From the NCBI GenBank assembly GCA_963663765.2, contig CAXXUA010000005.1, positions 1,632,001 to 1,696,000 of the forward strand: 64,000 nucleotides of DNA. Direction: 5' to 3'. The notes beneath the pieces are model-generated. The model searched no databases, was not told where the DNA came from, and was given only the letters and a program-made list of their open reading frames with translations. The DNA comes from Candidatus Poribacteria bacterium. Its GTDB lineage: Bacteria; Poribacteria; WGA-4E; WGA-3G. Below, piece after piece: positions 42,069 through 52,687 of the stretch. The stretch's first letter is position 1. The number at the start of each line of letters is the position of its first letter. Position numbers and translations under genes: made by a program.

Positions 42069-43199
42069 ATGAAAATACGTACAATTACTACAGGTATCCC
42101 ATTCCCATTTTCTTCTTACCAACTCCAACGTGCCGCAAAATTTAATACTGCCTGCAAAACGGCCATTGAAGCGAACGGTTACGAAGTCCAAACGACACGT
42201 GTTAGCTGCCAAATCTGGGATGAGCAAAGAGATATAGAGACCATCCTTGCATTAGAGAATGAAGCACAAGCATTAGGGATTGAGTTTCTGAGCTTAGGCA
42301 CAATTCCACCTGAAAAAAGATGCACAGCAACACACCTTGCACAGGTCGCAGATGTGATTGTAAAAAGCGAGATACTATTTGCAACCGTAACCCTAACGTC
42401 AGATACCGGACAAGTTGTACCAAACATTGCAGAAACCACTGCCGACATCATCCGGCAGATAGCACACCAAACCGAAGCAGGCTACGGTAACCTGCGCTTT
42501 GCTGCTTTGATGAACTGCCCCCCGAATACCCCCTTCTTCCCAGCTGCATACTGGCGCGACACCAGAACTAATTTCAGCATCGGATGGCAAGCGATTGACC
42601 TCGTCCAAGATGCCTTCACTGATGCACCGAATTTAGAAGCCGGGTTGCAAAATATGAAGACAGCAATGGAAGTGGAAGGAAAGAAAGTTGTCGCACTTGT
42701 GGAAACCATCGCAAAAGACTGTGGTATAAAGTTTATCGGTATTGACGTGTCGCTTGCACCGATGGGTAATGACAGCATCGCTTATGCAATGGAACAACTC
42801 CTCCCAGGATGCTTCGGTGATAGTGGCACCTTGACAGCCGCCGCAGGTATCACACGAACCCTTAAGTCCCTCTCCTTGCCGCTGTGTGGATATTCGGGAC
42901 TAATGCTCCCTGTGCTGGAAGACATCGGACTCGGCAAGCGGAGTGAAGAATGCTATTTCAATTTAGACAGCCTCCTCCTATATTCCTCTGTCTGTGGAAC
43001 GGGATTGGACACAATCCCTATTCCCGGGGATGCTTCCACTGAACAGATCGCCGCCATTTTGTCTGATGTCGCAACCCTCTCTATGCAGCTCAAAAAACCA
43101 CTATCTGTCCGTCTTTTCCCCGTTCCCGGTCGCAGGGCAGGTGACATAACGCAGTTTCAATCACCTTATCTCACAAACACTGCAGTGATGCAGATATAA
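42069..43199 (+). CDS. DUF711 family protein
   Basis: MKIRTIT, NLRFAA, PFFPAAY, GID.SLAP, GYSGLMLPVLED, YSSVCGTGLDTIP. Confidence 0.88.
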   Translation: MKIRTITTGIPFPFSSYQLQRAAKFNTACKTAIEANGYEVQTTRVSCQIWDEQRDIETILALENEAQALGIEFLSLGTIPPEKRCTATHLAQVADVIVKSEILFATVTLTSDTGQVVPNIAETTADIIRQIAHQTEAGYGNLRFAALMNCPPNTPFFPAAYWRDTRTNFSIGWQAIDLVQDAFTDAPNLEAGLQNMKTAMEVEGKKVVALVETIAKDCGIKFIGIDVSLAPMGNDSIAYAMEQLLPGCFGDSGTLTAAAGITRTLKSLSLPLCGYSGLMLPVLEDIGLGKRSEECYFNLDSLLLYSSVCGTGLDTIPIPGDASTEQIAAILSDVATLSMQLKKPLSVRLFPVPGRRAGDITQFQSPYLTNTAVMQI

Positions 43200-43241
43200 A
43201 CAGAAATTCAACATGCAATTCATAGTTTTTCTGCTAAAAAA

Positions 43242-43992
43242 CAAGTTTATTCAGTTTTAAGAGCAGGACTTACGCACCCAACGGTAGGCGTGCTTTGTAA
43301 GCGCGCCGTTGCCAATAGGAGGGAAACCTTGAAATCCCGATTTTCTCACTCAAGGTAGGCGGGGAATGCCTAAACGGCATTCATACCGTTGATTTCTTGA
43401 TTTGATGCTTTGTAAGCGCGCCGTTGCTAATCCTGTGTTTATGACGCACATACAAAACACGCCTACCGGGATGGGGTATTTAGCACTTGGCTTTTTCTTA
43501 AGTTGACACCTATGGGGTCTCTGTGCCCCGCCGCAACTGATTAAATAAGAGATTGCGGAAACAGCACCCATAGGTGTTGTCAACATAAGGAAATATTGTT
43601 AATATCAACCCCATACTCTTCAGTCCCGTAGGGACGATATGTTTATAGATAACGAATACCCTCCCATGTCTTTAGTCCCGTAGGGACGATATGTTTATAG
43701 ATAACGAGTTCCCACCCCTTTTTAGTCCCGTAGGGACGATATGTTTATAGATAACGAATACCCTCCCCATGTCTTTAGTCCCGACAAATGCCATACGCGC
43801 ATTTGGCGTTGATTTGGTAGGGACGATATGTTTATTCTTCTATGCCGTTCCTACGGAACTCAAGAGGGGTAGATAACATATTTCTATAAACATATCGTCC
43901 CTACGGGACTAAAGACATGTACAAGATGGCAATACATAATATTAACGTTATAGTAAACACTCATCAAAAATACCTAAAACTAAATAACCCTG
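43242..43992 (+). mobile_element. Composite CAGGGTTATT-family MITE with GTCCCGTAGGGAC REP cluster and nested inserts
   Basis: 3' part nearly identical to the copies ending at 45964 and 56808; ends aaaactaaataaccctg. Confidence 0.7.
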
Positions 43993-44002
43993 CCTTTTTT
44001 CC

Positions 44003-44031
44003 TTGCCAATTCCCACAGCATTTGATAAGAT
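44003..44031 (+). promoter_or_regulatory. Sigma70-type promoter of the sulfatase
   Basis: TTGCCA-17 bp-TAAGAT with extended TG. Confidence 0.55.
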
Positions 44032-44072
44032 GATAAAAAACATATTACTGTGATAGGAAGGAAAACATCCCA

Positions 44073-45530
44073 ATGGCAGACAAACCTCATGTCCTACTAA
44101 TTAGCACAGACCATTGGCCCAACTCACTACTCGGTGTCAGTGGACATCCAGATATCCAAACTCCGACCCTTGACTCACTCGCCCGCGCAGGCACCCGATT
44201 TACCAACGGATACAGTGAATGTCCTGTCTGTGTCCCTGCCCGAAAAACCTTGATGACAGGCACAACAACACGCACACACAAAGACAGAACTTTCAACGAC
44301 AAAAAAGGTATAGATGGACTGCCAACCATCGCACAGACGTTTCGCGATGCAGGTTATCAGGCTCATGCTGTCGGTAAGCTGCATGTATATCCACAACGTG
44401 ACCGCATCGGATTTGACGATGTGATTTTAGGTGAAGAAGGCAGATTACAATATGGTGTAATTGACGATTATGAACTCTTCCTCGGAGACAGAGGCTATGC
44501 AGGACAACAGTTCGCACACGGTATGTGCAACAACGATTATCTCAACCGTCCTTGGCACCTCCCCGAAGAATGCCACGTCACCAACTGGAGCACACAACAG
44601 ATGGTTCGACAGATAAAACGCCGAGACCCCACCAGACCCGGCTTCTGGTTCCTCTCCTATTGTCATCCACACCCGCCTTTAGCACCACTTCAATGTTACA
44701 TGGATATGTATCGCAACATTGAAATAGAGATGCCATATCACGGAGAATGGTCTAAAGACTCTGACAAACTCCCTTTACCTCTCAAATCCAAACAGATGCA
44801 GAATGCACAATATAGTGAAAACCTAATCCGCTCAGCACGACAAGCATTCTACGCACTCTGTACGCACATTGACCATCAATTACGTCTCGTTGTCGGCACA
44901 CTCCGCGAAGAAGGTTTGTTGAACAATACAATCATACTGTTTACATCCGACCATGGCGATATGCTCGGTAACCACAGACTTTGGGCAAAACGACTCTACT
45001 ATGAAGACTCCACTAACGTGCCAATGCTCCTCGTCGGCACCGCAGGCGATGACAGAGTGGGACACAACAGAGTTGACAACCGTCTCGTTGGATGGCAAGA
45101 TGTCATGCCAACACTACTCCATCTTGCTGGTATTGATATACCCAACACAGTTGACGGCATGCCCATGGTAGGCGACAATAAACGCGAATGGTTATATGGA
45201 GAAGTCGGTAGTGGTAGCAGTGCCACGCGCATGATACATGAAGGACGGTACAAACTCATATATTACGCTATGGGAAACTACCGCCAACTCTTTGATCTGG
45301 AGGAGGACCCCAGAGAGTTGAACGACCTATCGAATTCACCCACGCATGCTGAAATCCTTGAGCGATTGACCAACCTACTCATCGGTGAACTCTATGGTGG
45401 TGATGAAAAGTGGGTACAAGATGGTGAATTTGTTGGACTACCAGACAAACCGTATCGTCCCTCTGCAAACCGCAGTTTATCCGGACAGCGCGGACTCCAC
45501 TGGCCACAATCTCCATCTACCGGACGTTGA
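44073..45530 (+). CDS. Formylglycine-dependent sulfatase (choline-sulfatase-like)
   Basis: CVPAR (CxPxR), VGKLH, PHPP, FTSDHGDMLG.H. Confidence 0.93.
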   Translation: MADKPHVLLISTDHWPNSLLGVSGHPDIQTPTLDSLARAGTRFTNGYSECPVCVPARKTLMTGTTTRTHKDRTFNDKKGIDGLPTIAQTFRDAGYQAHAVGKLHVYPQRDRIGFDDVILGEEGRLQYGVIDDYELFLGDRGYAGQQFAHGMCNNDYLNRPWHLPEECHVTNWSTQQMVRQIKRRDPTRPGFWFLSYCHPHPPLAPLQCYMDMYRNIEIEMPYHGEWSKDSDKLPLPLKSKQMQNAQYSENLIRSARQAFYALCTHIDHQLRLVVGTLREEGLLNNTIILFTSDHGDMLGNHRLWAKRLYYEDSTNVPMLLVGTAGDDRVGHNRVDNRLVGWQDVMPTLLHLAGIDIPNTVDGMPMVGDNKREWLYGEVGSGSSATRMIHEGRYKLIYYAMGNYRQLFDLEEDPRELNDLSNSPTHAEILERLTNLLIGELYGGDEKWVQDGEFVGLPDKPYRPSANRSLSGQRGLHWPQSPSTGR

Positions 45531-45531
45531 A

Positions 45532-45964
45532 CAGGGTTATTTAGTTTTAAAAGTTTTCTGTTATTGAGATGGACTGAAAGTTAATACCCAAATGAGGTCT
45601 TCTAACTGCACCTTACACGTCAATTTTAGATTATTGAAACATGAACATCGGTCTTTAGTCCCGACAAATGCCATACGGGGAATGCCTAAATGGCATTCAT
45701 ACCGTTGATTTGGCGCATTTGGCGTTGATTTGGTAGGGACGATATGTTTATAGATAACGAGTACCCTTCCCAGTTCTTCTTTAGTCCCGTAGGGACGATA
45801 TGTTTATTCTTCTATGCCGTTCCTACGGAACTCAAGAGGGGCAGATAACATTTTTCTATAAACATATCGTCCCTACGGGACTAAAGACATGGACAATATG
45901 GCAACACATAATATTAACGTTATAGTAAACATTCATCAAAAATACCTAAAACTGAATAACCCTG
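45532..45964 (+). mobile_element. CAGGGTTATT-family MITE with 9-bp target duplication
   Basis: gacgttgaa|cagggttatttagtttt ... aaaactgaataaccctg|gacgttgaa. Confidence 0.88.
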
Positions 45965-45968
45965 GACG

Positions 45969-45997
45969 TTGAATATCCTGACCAAATGTGGTATTAT
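45969..45997 (+). promoter_or_regulatory. Promoter upstream of hsdM (second copy at 56813-56841)
   Basis: TTGAAT-17 bp-TATTAT with extended TG; the 56813 copy has TATAAT. Confidence 0.6.
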
Positions 45998-46047
45998 TTT
46001 AAGCAACAATCCCATAATGCCACATTTAGGTGAACCCGTAAGAAGTT

Positions 46048-47655
46048 ATGGCAAAAAAGAATTCAGATACAAACGCAAATAATAACGGTGCAACACTCGG
46101 CTTTGAAGCAACTTTATACCAAGCAGCAGATAAACTTCGCAATAACATAGATGCTGCTGAATACAAGCATGTCGTGTTGGGGTTGATTTTCCTCAAATAT
46201 ATTTCTGATTCCTTTGAGGAAAAGTATAACTTTCTACTGGAAGAGTATTCTAATCCACAGAGTGAATTTTTTGTTGCAGAGAAAACAGACCGTTATACGT
46301 ATGCAGAGGATAGAGATGAATACTTAGCAGAAAACATCTTTTATGTACCAAAGGAAGCGCGCTGGTCACATTTACAGGCAAACGCAAAGCAGCCAGAAAT
46401 TGGGAAACTGATTGATAACGCGATGCATGCAATTGAACAGGAAAACCCACGACTCAAAGGTATACTGCCCAAGAACTACGCACGACCAACGCTTGACAAG
46501 CAAACACTCGGTGAACTTGTTGATCTCATCGGCACAATCGGTTTAGGTGAAGAGGAAAATCGCTCAAAAGATATTTTGGGCAGAGTTTATGAATATTTCC
46601 TCGCACGGTTTGCCAGTGCCGAAGGCAAAAGGGGTGGTCAGTTTTACACCCCTCGCTGTGTCGTACAACTACTTGTTGAAATGCTCTCGCCATATCAAGG
46701 AAGAATTTACGACCCTTGCTGCGGTTCAGGCGGCATGTTTGTCCAAAGTGAGGAATTTGTAGAAGCACACGGTGGACAGCGCGATGATATCTCTATTTAT
46801 GGACAGGAGTCCAACCCAACCACGCGGCAATTGGCACTGATGAACCTCGCTATTAGAGGTATTGAGGCGAATCTCGGACAGGAACATGCCGACAGTTTTC
46901 ACGACGATCAACACCCAGACCTGAAAGTCGACTACATCCTCGCTAATCCACCTTTCAACAGTAGCGACTGGGGCGGTGATCGATTACGTGAAGATAAACG
47001 TTGGGCTTACGGCACACCGCCTACCGGCAACGCTAACTTTGCTTGGGTGCAGCACTTTATCTATCACCTCGCACCAAACGGTATCGCTGGATTTGTGTTA
47101 GCAAACGGTTCTATGAGTACAAATACCGCAACCGAAGGCAAAATTCGCAAGAACATTGTTGAGGCAGACTTAGTGGATTGCATGGTCGCTTTGCCCGGGC
47201 AGCTCTTCTATTCTACCTCTATTCCCGTTTGCCTCTGGTTTATCGCAAGGAACAAAGAAAATCGCCGCTTTCGGAAACGTACAGGTGAAACACTTTTTAT
47301 AGATGCACGCAGATTAGGGAAGATGATTGATCGTGTACATCGTGAGTTAACTACTTCAGAAATGAAACGTATAGCCGAAACCTATCACGCATGGCGAGGG
47401 GATGAAGGCGCAAGTGATTATGACGACGTGCCAGGTTTCTGTAAAACCACCACTCTTGTTGAAGTTCAAGAGCACGCTAACGTTCTGACTCCCGGCCGCT
47501 ACGTCGGCGCAGAAATAGTGGAAGAGGACGACGAACTATTTGAAGATACAATGGTAGACTTGACTGAGAAATTGACCGAACAGATGGCAGAGTCAAGGCG
47601 ATTGGATGATGCTATCGCGAAGAATTTGCAAACTCTCGGATTTGGAAATGGATAA
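46048..47655 (+). CDS. hsdM: Type I R-M methyltransferase
   Basis: [27 protein letters not shown] (m6A), LTPGRYVG. Confidence 0.97.
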   Translation: MAKKNSDTNANNNGATLGFEATLYQAADKLRNNIDAAEYKHVVLGLIFLKYISDSFEEKYNFLLEEYSNPQSEFFVAEKTDRYTYAEDRDEYLAENIFYVPKEARWSHLQANAKQPEIGKLIDNAMHAIEQENPRLKGILPKNYARPTLDKQTLGELVDLIGTIGLGEEENRSKDILGRVYEYFLARFASAEGKRGGQFYTPRCVVQLLVEMLSPYQGRIYDPCCGSGGMFVQSEEFVEAHGGQRDDISIYGQESNPTTRQLALMNLAIRGIEANLGQEHADSFHDDQHPDLKVDYILANPPFNSSDWGGDRLREDKRWAYGTPPTGNANFAWVQHFIYHLAPNGIAGFVLANGSMSTNTATEGKIRKNIVEADLVDCMVALPGQLFYSTSIPVCLWFIARNKENRRFRKRTGETLFIDARRLGKMIDRVHRELTTSEMKRIAETYHAWRGDEGASDYDDVPGFCKTTTLVEVQEHANVLTPGRYVGAEIVEEDDELFEDTMVDLTEKLTEQMAESRRLDDAIAKNLQTLGFGNG

Positions 47656-47664
47656 GAGGAAAAA

Positions 47665-47913
47665 ATGACAGTAAAAGAATTAATGGAATTTCTTGGAAAA
47701 TATCCAGACGATTTACGAGTTGTTGTCAACGGTTATGAGGATGGCTATGACGATATTTTACCAGAACGAATTTCCACCAGAAAAATAGAATTAGACGCAG
47801 GAACGCATGACTGGGAAGGACAACACAACGATCCACCCTATGAAACTGAAACAACAACTGACGATGCCGAAATTGTAGATGCTTTGGTTTTCTATCGCGC
47901 TCCGTATTATTGA
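47665..47913 (+). CDS. Small acidic hypothetical protein
   Basis: AAGGA RBS; MTVKELMEFL..YPDD.RVVVNGYE. Confidence 0.7.
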   Translation: MTVKELMEFLGKYPDDLRVVVNGYEDGYDDILPERISTRKIELDAGTHDWEGQHNDPPYETETTTDDAEIVDALVFYRAPYY

Positions 47914-47960
47914 ACTCAAAGAAAACACATGGCAATACTGAGGTGAAACCTATTAAGGAA

Positions 47961-48117
47961 CAGGACTTACGCACCCAACGGTAGGCGCGCTTTGTAGGTG
48001 GGGAATGCCAAAAGGCATTCATACCGTTGATTTGGCGCTGGAAACCGAAAAAATGCTGAAAATTACACCATTTTCGTCATAATTCTTCATCAAATCATGA
48101 AAACTGCGTAAGTCCTG
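47961..48117. mobile_element. MITE with CAGGACTTACGCA ends
   Basis: aaggaa|caggacttacgca ... tgcgtaagtcctg|aaggaa; contains a REP interrupted by micro-element A. Confidence 0.85.
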
Positions 48118-48135
48118 AAGGAAAATAGAGAAACT

Positions 48136-49461
48136 ATGGAAACCCACGAAAGTCGGGGCATCCGAAAAAACTCATCGAATCTGGTGAAGCTTGAAGATGT
48201 TGTTCAAATTAATCCTCAGCGAACACTTAACAAAACAAACGAGGCATTCCATCTTGCTATGCGAGATGTTGAAGTATACAGACGGAAAATTACTTCACAT
48301 TCATATAAAGAATTTCGGGGATCTGGCGCACGGTTTCAAAATGGAGATACGCTTTTAGCTCGCATCACGCCTTGCCTTGAAAATGGTAAAACTGTATATG
48401 TAGACTGTCTGAAACCTGATCAAGTTGGGCATGGATCAACTGAGTTTATTGTCCTATCTGGAATTAAAGGTAAAACAGATAATTTGTTTGTATACTATTT
48501 AGCAAGAGATCTGAATTTTCGCACGTTCGCAATTCATTCAATGCGGGGTTCTACAGGACGCCAGCGAGTTGATGCAAATTCGTTACGTTTGTTTGATTTG
48601 TCACTACCTTCTATTGAGGAACAACGCCGCATCGCTCACATCCTCGGTACACTTGACGACAAAATAGAACTCAACCGACAGATGAATGAAACACTGGAAG
48701 CGACAGCACGCGCAATTTTCAAGTCGTGGTTTGTGAACTTTGACCCCGTAAAGGCAAAGATGGAGGGACGCACACCTGTATGCATGGATGCCGATACCGC
48801 TGCCTTATTCCCAACAGTATTCCAAGATTCTCCGCTGGGGAAAATTCCGGAAGGATGGACAGTTGGAACACTTGGCGAGATTGCGAAAAATGTTCGGAGG
48901 AGTGTAAAAGCGAGTGAAATTGAATCTATCGACTGTTTTCTTGGATTAGAACACATGCCAAGGCGTAATATCGCTCTTTCTCAATGGCAAATAGATGCTA
49001 ATATCGCAAGTAGTAAGTATCGTTTCAGAAAAGGTGAAATCCTTTTTGGCAAACTTAATCCTCATTTCCATAAGGTTGGCGTTGCACCTATTGACGGGAT
49101 TTGCTCCACTGACATTTTAGTAATTCAACCTATTGATTCAGAATGGTTTGGTGTTATCTTAAGTCTTGTATCAAGTGATAATTTTGTTGCTTATACTACT
49201 GCATGTTCGAAGGGGACAACATTACCACGTACAAATTGGAATGATATGTCACGGTACGAAATCGCACTACCTAAAACGGAAATAGCTAAAAAATATACTG
49301 AATTCATACGACCTATCGTCAAGAAGATAGTCGAAAATATCCATAAATCTCACACCCTTTCCCAAATCCGAGACACACTGCTGCCAAAACTATTATCAGG
49401 TGAAATTCGTGTAGACGATGCAGTTGAGATATTGGAGGCACAAGATGGTGGACAATCCTAA
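48136..49461 (+). CDS. hsdS: Type I R-M specificity subunit
   Basis: Two TRDs; LPSIEEQRRIA.IL..LDDKIELN, IPEGW, RDTLLPKLLSGE. Confidence 0.96.
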   Translation: METHESRGIRKNSSNLVKLEDVVQINPQRTLNKTNEAFHLAMRDVEVYRRKITSHSYKEFRGSGARFQNGDTLLARITPCLENGKTVYVDCLKPDQVGHGSTEFIVLSGIKGKTDNLFVYYLARDLNFRTFAIHSMRGSTGRQRVDANSLRLFDLSLPSIEEQRRIAHILGTLDDKIELNRQMNETLEATARAIFKSWFVNFDPVKAKMEGRTPVCMDADTAALFPTVFQDSPLGKIPEGWTVGTLGEIAKNVRRSVKASEIESIDCFLGLEHMPRRNIALSQWQIDANIASSKYRFRKGEILFGKLNPHFHKVGVAPIDGICSTDILVIQPIDSEWFGVILSLVSSDNFVAYTTACSKGTTLPRTNWNDMSRYEIALPKTEIAKKYTEFIRPIVKKIVENIHKSHTLSQIRDTLLPKLLSGEIRVDDAVEILEAQDGGQS

Positions 49462-50959
49462 AGTATTTATTTCATATTCTCACGATTCCCCAGAGCATAA
49501 ACAATGGGTAGCGGAACTTGCTGAAAAACTTCGGCACAGTGGCATTGATGCCATACTTGACCAATGGGACCTTGGATTCGGAGATGATATAACACGATTC
49601 ATGGAACGTGGCATTGTAGATGCTGATAGGGTGTTGGTTATTTGTACAGACAAATACGTGAGCAAAGCAAACGCAAATGAGGGTGGTGTTGGCTATGAGC
49701 GGATGATTGTAAACTCGGAACTTGTTCAGAATTTAGGGACAGACAAATTTATTCCTATCATACGTCAGGCATCAGGAAAAGAAAAAACACCCGTATTTTT
49801 AGGTACAAGAGTTTATGCTGACTTTAGAGATGACAGTCAATTTGACGCGGAATGTGAGAAATTAATTCGTGACCTTCACGAAATGCCAATTATAGAGAAG
49901 CCCCCTTTGGGAAAAAATCCGTTCCCTTCTGTAGCTACAGATCCGCAGCTGGTTGATATTCCGAAGCATGTTGAATCTGCCTCCGAAGCTTACAACACAG
50001 CGTCTAAGATAATACGGACAGGAGACACATTTGGATGGCGTGAACTTATCAAGCAAATTCGACCCAACGTATTTAGAACATTAGTCAAATGGCGGCAAGA
50101 TGAGTTGGACGGTCAAAAACCTGAAGGAAAAGAACACTTAGTTCAAGTTGTGGATAAAGTAGTCGAGATTATATCCCCTTTAATGGCTGTTGCATTAGTG
50201 GGAGTTGCATCTGGTAGAGAGGAATTTCGGAATCAAAAATCTTTGATTGATGACTTGCAAAACATTGTAGGATGGAATCCTGCTGGGTACGATGTTTGGA
50301 TACGTCTTCCGAACGCGTTAGGGTACGTGTACCACAGCCTGCATGGTTGCGTCTGTATGAGTACATCTCAGATAGATCTTGCCCTGGGACTTGCGCGGAT
50401 TAAGATTTCTGTTGTTGTCGAAACTCTCGGAACAAGATTTTTTCCCTTATGGGAAATGAGCGAATTTAGAGGTTATCCCATATCAATTAGTGGAACTCGT
50501 GGTGGAAATAGTCTCGAAAGTTGGAACTATTTGTTTAATGCCTATGATAGATGGGATTGGTTAACTTCTATATTTGAGACTGAATCAGAATACCAAACTT
50601 CATTGGTAGCGTATTACATGTTACTCAATATCCATGAATTAGCAACAGTAATCGCTGCAGGTAGTGCCAACACTTTGAAAACAAGTTCAGAATATTGGTT
50701 CACAGTCCCATTGACTTTTTTGTATGGAGATTACGATATTACGAATCGTGCTACTTCTCTATTGCGTCGTAATCCAGAAGTTTTCATGGAATTATGGACA
50801 TGCTTAGATGTTACGCGTGAGCAGATAGAGAACTCCTGGGATGATTGGACAAACTTGGTTGAAAAAGAATTGTCTAAATTAGTGTTTAGCAAACCTGATA
50901 ATCCAAAATCTCTTTTAAATCTTTCTGATATTTATAGACCTCTCTTTGATGGTATGTAA
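49445..50959 (+). CDS. SEFIR/TIR-domain protein with uncharacterised helical C-terminus
   Basis: KVFISYSHDS.EHK.WV..LA..LR..GID..LDQW, GGVGYE; overlaps the hsdS stop. Confidence 0.88.
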   Translation: MVDNPKVFISYSHDSPEHKQWVAELAEKLRHSGIDAILDQWDLGFGDDITRFMERGIVDADRVLVICTDKYVSKANANEGGVGYERMIVNSELVQNLGTDKFIPIIRQASGKEKTPVFLGTRVYADFRDDSQFDAECEKLIRDLHEMPIIEKPPLGKNPFPSVATDPQLVDIPKHVESASEAYNTASKIIRTGDTFGWRELIKQIRPNVFRTLVKWRQDELDGQKPEGKEHLVQVVDKVVEIISPLMAVALVGVASGREEFRNQKSLIDDLQNIVGWNPAGYDVWIRLPNALGYVYHSLHGCVCMSTSQIDLALGLARIKISVVVETLGTRFFPLWEMSEFRGYPISISGTRGGNSLESWNYLFNAYDRWDWLTSIFETESEYQTSLVAYYMLLNIHELATVIAAGSANTLKTSSEYWFTVPLTFLYGDYDITNRATSLLRRNPEVFMELWTCLDVTREQIENSWDDWTNLVEKELSKLVFSKPDNPKSLLNLSDIYRPLFDGM

Positions 50960-51016
50960 GTTTAACCGTTATTGCTTGAAATCTTCGAAAATTATCTAAA
51001 ATTTAGTAACACATAG

Positions 51017-52687
51017 ATGACAAAAACTCCTAAGGTCTTCATTTCATATTCTCACGATTCTCGAGATCACAAGCTGTGGGTGTCCAAGTTCGCTGTACGA
51101 CTTCAGCACAATGATGTTGATATTATACTTGATCAGCGTGTCCCTAACCTAGACGAGAACTCTATGCAATTCATGGAATCTGGTGTTAGAGATGCAGATA
51201 GGATCTTGGTCATTTGCACGGACAGTTACGTGCGAAAGGCAAATGATGGTGAAGATGGTATTGGATACGAGCCGATGATTGTAACTCATAAACTTGTTGA
51301 ATATCTCGGAACTAATAAATTCATCTCTATAATTCGTCAGACATTAACAGAAGAGAAAACACCAGAATTTTTGAGAGACCAGGTTTATATTGACTTTACG
51401 GATGACGAACAATTTGATGCAAAATTTGAGGAACTCCTTCATGAACGCCTCTTAGTCCCACCCATACAAACACCTGATGTCCCACACATTGAGTCATTGA
51501 GCATAAAAAACTACCGCGCGCTACGGGATATAGAATTGAAACAACTTAAACCCCTAACTGTCTTTTTAGGCGCAAACGGTAGCGGTAAATCGACGTTCTT
51601 TGATGTGTTCGCTTTCCTCTCTGAATGTTTCACAGTTGGGTTAGATAGCACATGGAAAAAAAGAGGTGGACTTAAAGAACTGAGGAGTCGCGGCTGTGAT
51701 GGCCCAATTGAATTTGAACTAAAATATCGTGAGAAACCTAAATCGCCAATTATCACATACCATCTGTCTATTGATGAAAACATGGAAGGACCATTTATAA
51801 CCACCGAGTGGTTACAGTGGAGGGTCGGTAGAGGCGGAAAACATGTTCGTTTTCTCAATTTTGAGCGTGGGACAGGGAGTGTTATCCCCGGTGAAAAACC
51901 TGATAAAACAGGAACTCCAATTCATGAACAACTTGCTGATCCATCTACACTTGCTGTCAACATGTTTGGTCAATCTTCACAACACCCCCGCATGAGAGCA
52001 CTCCGCCGTTTTATTACAGATTGGCACCTCTCCTGCCTTTCCACCGACGCCACACGCCAGACCACTGACGACGGACCGCAAAAAAGATTGTCCAAAACAG
52101 GAGACAATCTGACCAATGTTATCCAATATCTACAGGAAAGATACCCAGAACGTTTGGAGAAAATCATATCGCTACTGTCGGACCGAGTGCCACGTTTAGA
52201 AATGGTCGACACAGAATTAATGATAGATGGAAGACGTTTGCTGAAAATTAAAGACGCACCTTTTGAACAACCGATTTTGGCAAAGTTCGCTTCCGACGGC
52301 TCATTGAAGCTGCTATCTTACCTAATCCTATTTCATGATAGACAACCGCCGCAATTCATCGGTATTGAAGAACCTGAGAATTACCTACACCCACGCCTGT
52401 TGACCGGTTTAGTCGGGGACTGTTTTAATGCATCAGCTTCGTCTCAACTTATGATTACCACCCATTCACCTCATTTTGTTAATGAACTTCATCCTGAGGA
52501 TGTGTGGGTTTTGTATCGGGATGAACAAGGTTTCACAGTGTGTAAACGCGCGTCGGAGATGCAGGGAATAGAGCAGCTTTTGGATGCTGGCGCGAAATTA
52601 GGGAAACTCTGGATGGAAGGTTACTTTGAATTCGGTGACCCGTTGACCAATGCAGGAGGTCCAAAGCGAAATCTGCATGCACATTAA
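51017..52687 (+). CDS. SEFIR/TIR domain fused to an AAA_21-type ABC ATPase
   Basis: N-terminal KVFISYSHDS...GIGYE; then IKNYRAL, GANGSGKS, ASDGS, IEEPENYLHP, TTHSP. Confidence 0.9.
   Translation: MTKTPKVFISYSHDSRDHKLWVSKFAVRLQHNDVDIILDQRVPNLDENSMQFMESGVRDADRILVICTDSYVRKANDGEDGIGYEPMIVTHKLVEYLGTNKFISIIRQTLTEEKTPEFLRDQVYIDFTDDEQFDAKFEELLHERLLVPPIQTPDVPHIESLSIKNYRALRDIELKQLKPLTVFLGANGSGKSTFFDVFAFLSECFTVGLDSTWKKRGGLKELRSRGCDGPIEFELKYREKPKSPIITYHLSIDENMEGPFITTEWLQWRVGRGGKHVRFLNFERGTGSVIPGEKPDKTGTPIHEQLADPSTLAVNMFGQSSQHPRMRALRRFITDWHLSCLSTDATRQTTDDGPQKRLSKTGDNLTNVIQYLQERYPERLEKIISLLSDRVPRLEMVDTELMIDGRRLLKIKDAPFEQPILAKFASDGSLKLLSYLILFHDRQPPQFIGIEEPENYLHPRLLTGLVGDCFNASASSQLMITTHSPHFVNELHPEDVWVLYRDEQGFTVCKRASEMQGIEQLLDAGAKLGKLWMEGYFEFGDPLTNAGGPKRNLHAH

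Noticed and set aside
43621-43835. CRISPR-like spacing of agtcccgtagggacgatatgtttatag repeats (also ~1465-1620 and 63784-63960)
   Set aside because: Intervening sequences are short and similar or identical to each other, units also occur inverted, the block is copied within MITEs, and no cas genes are present. It is a REP cluster.
48136-49461. Phase-variable hsdS shufflon
   Set aside because: Only one hsdS, with no silent TRDs, inverted repeats or recombinase seen.
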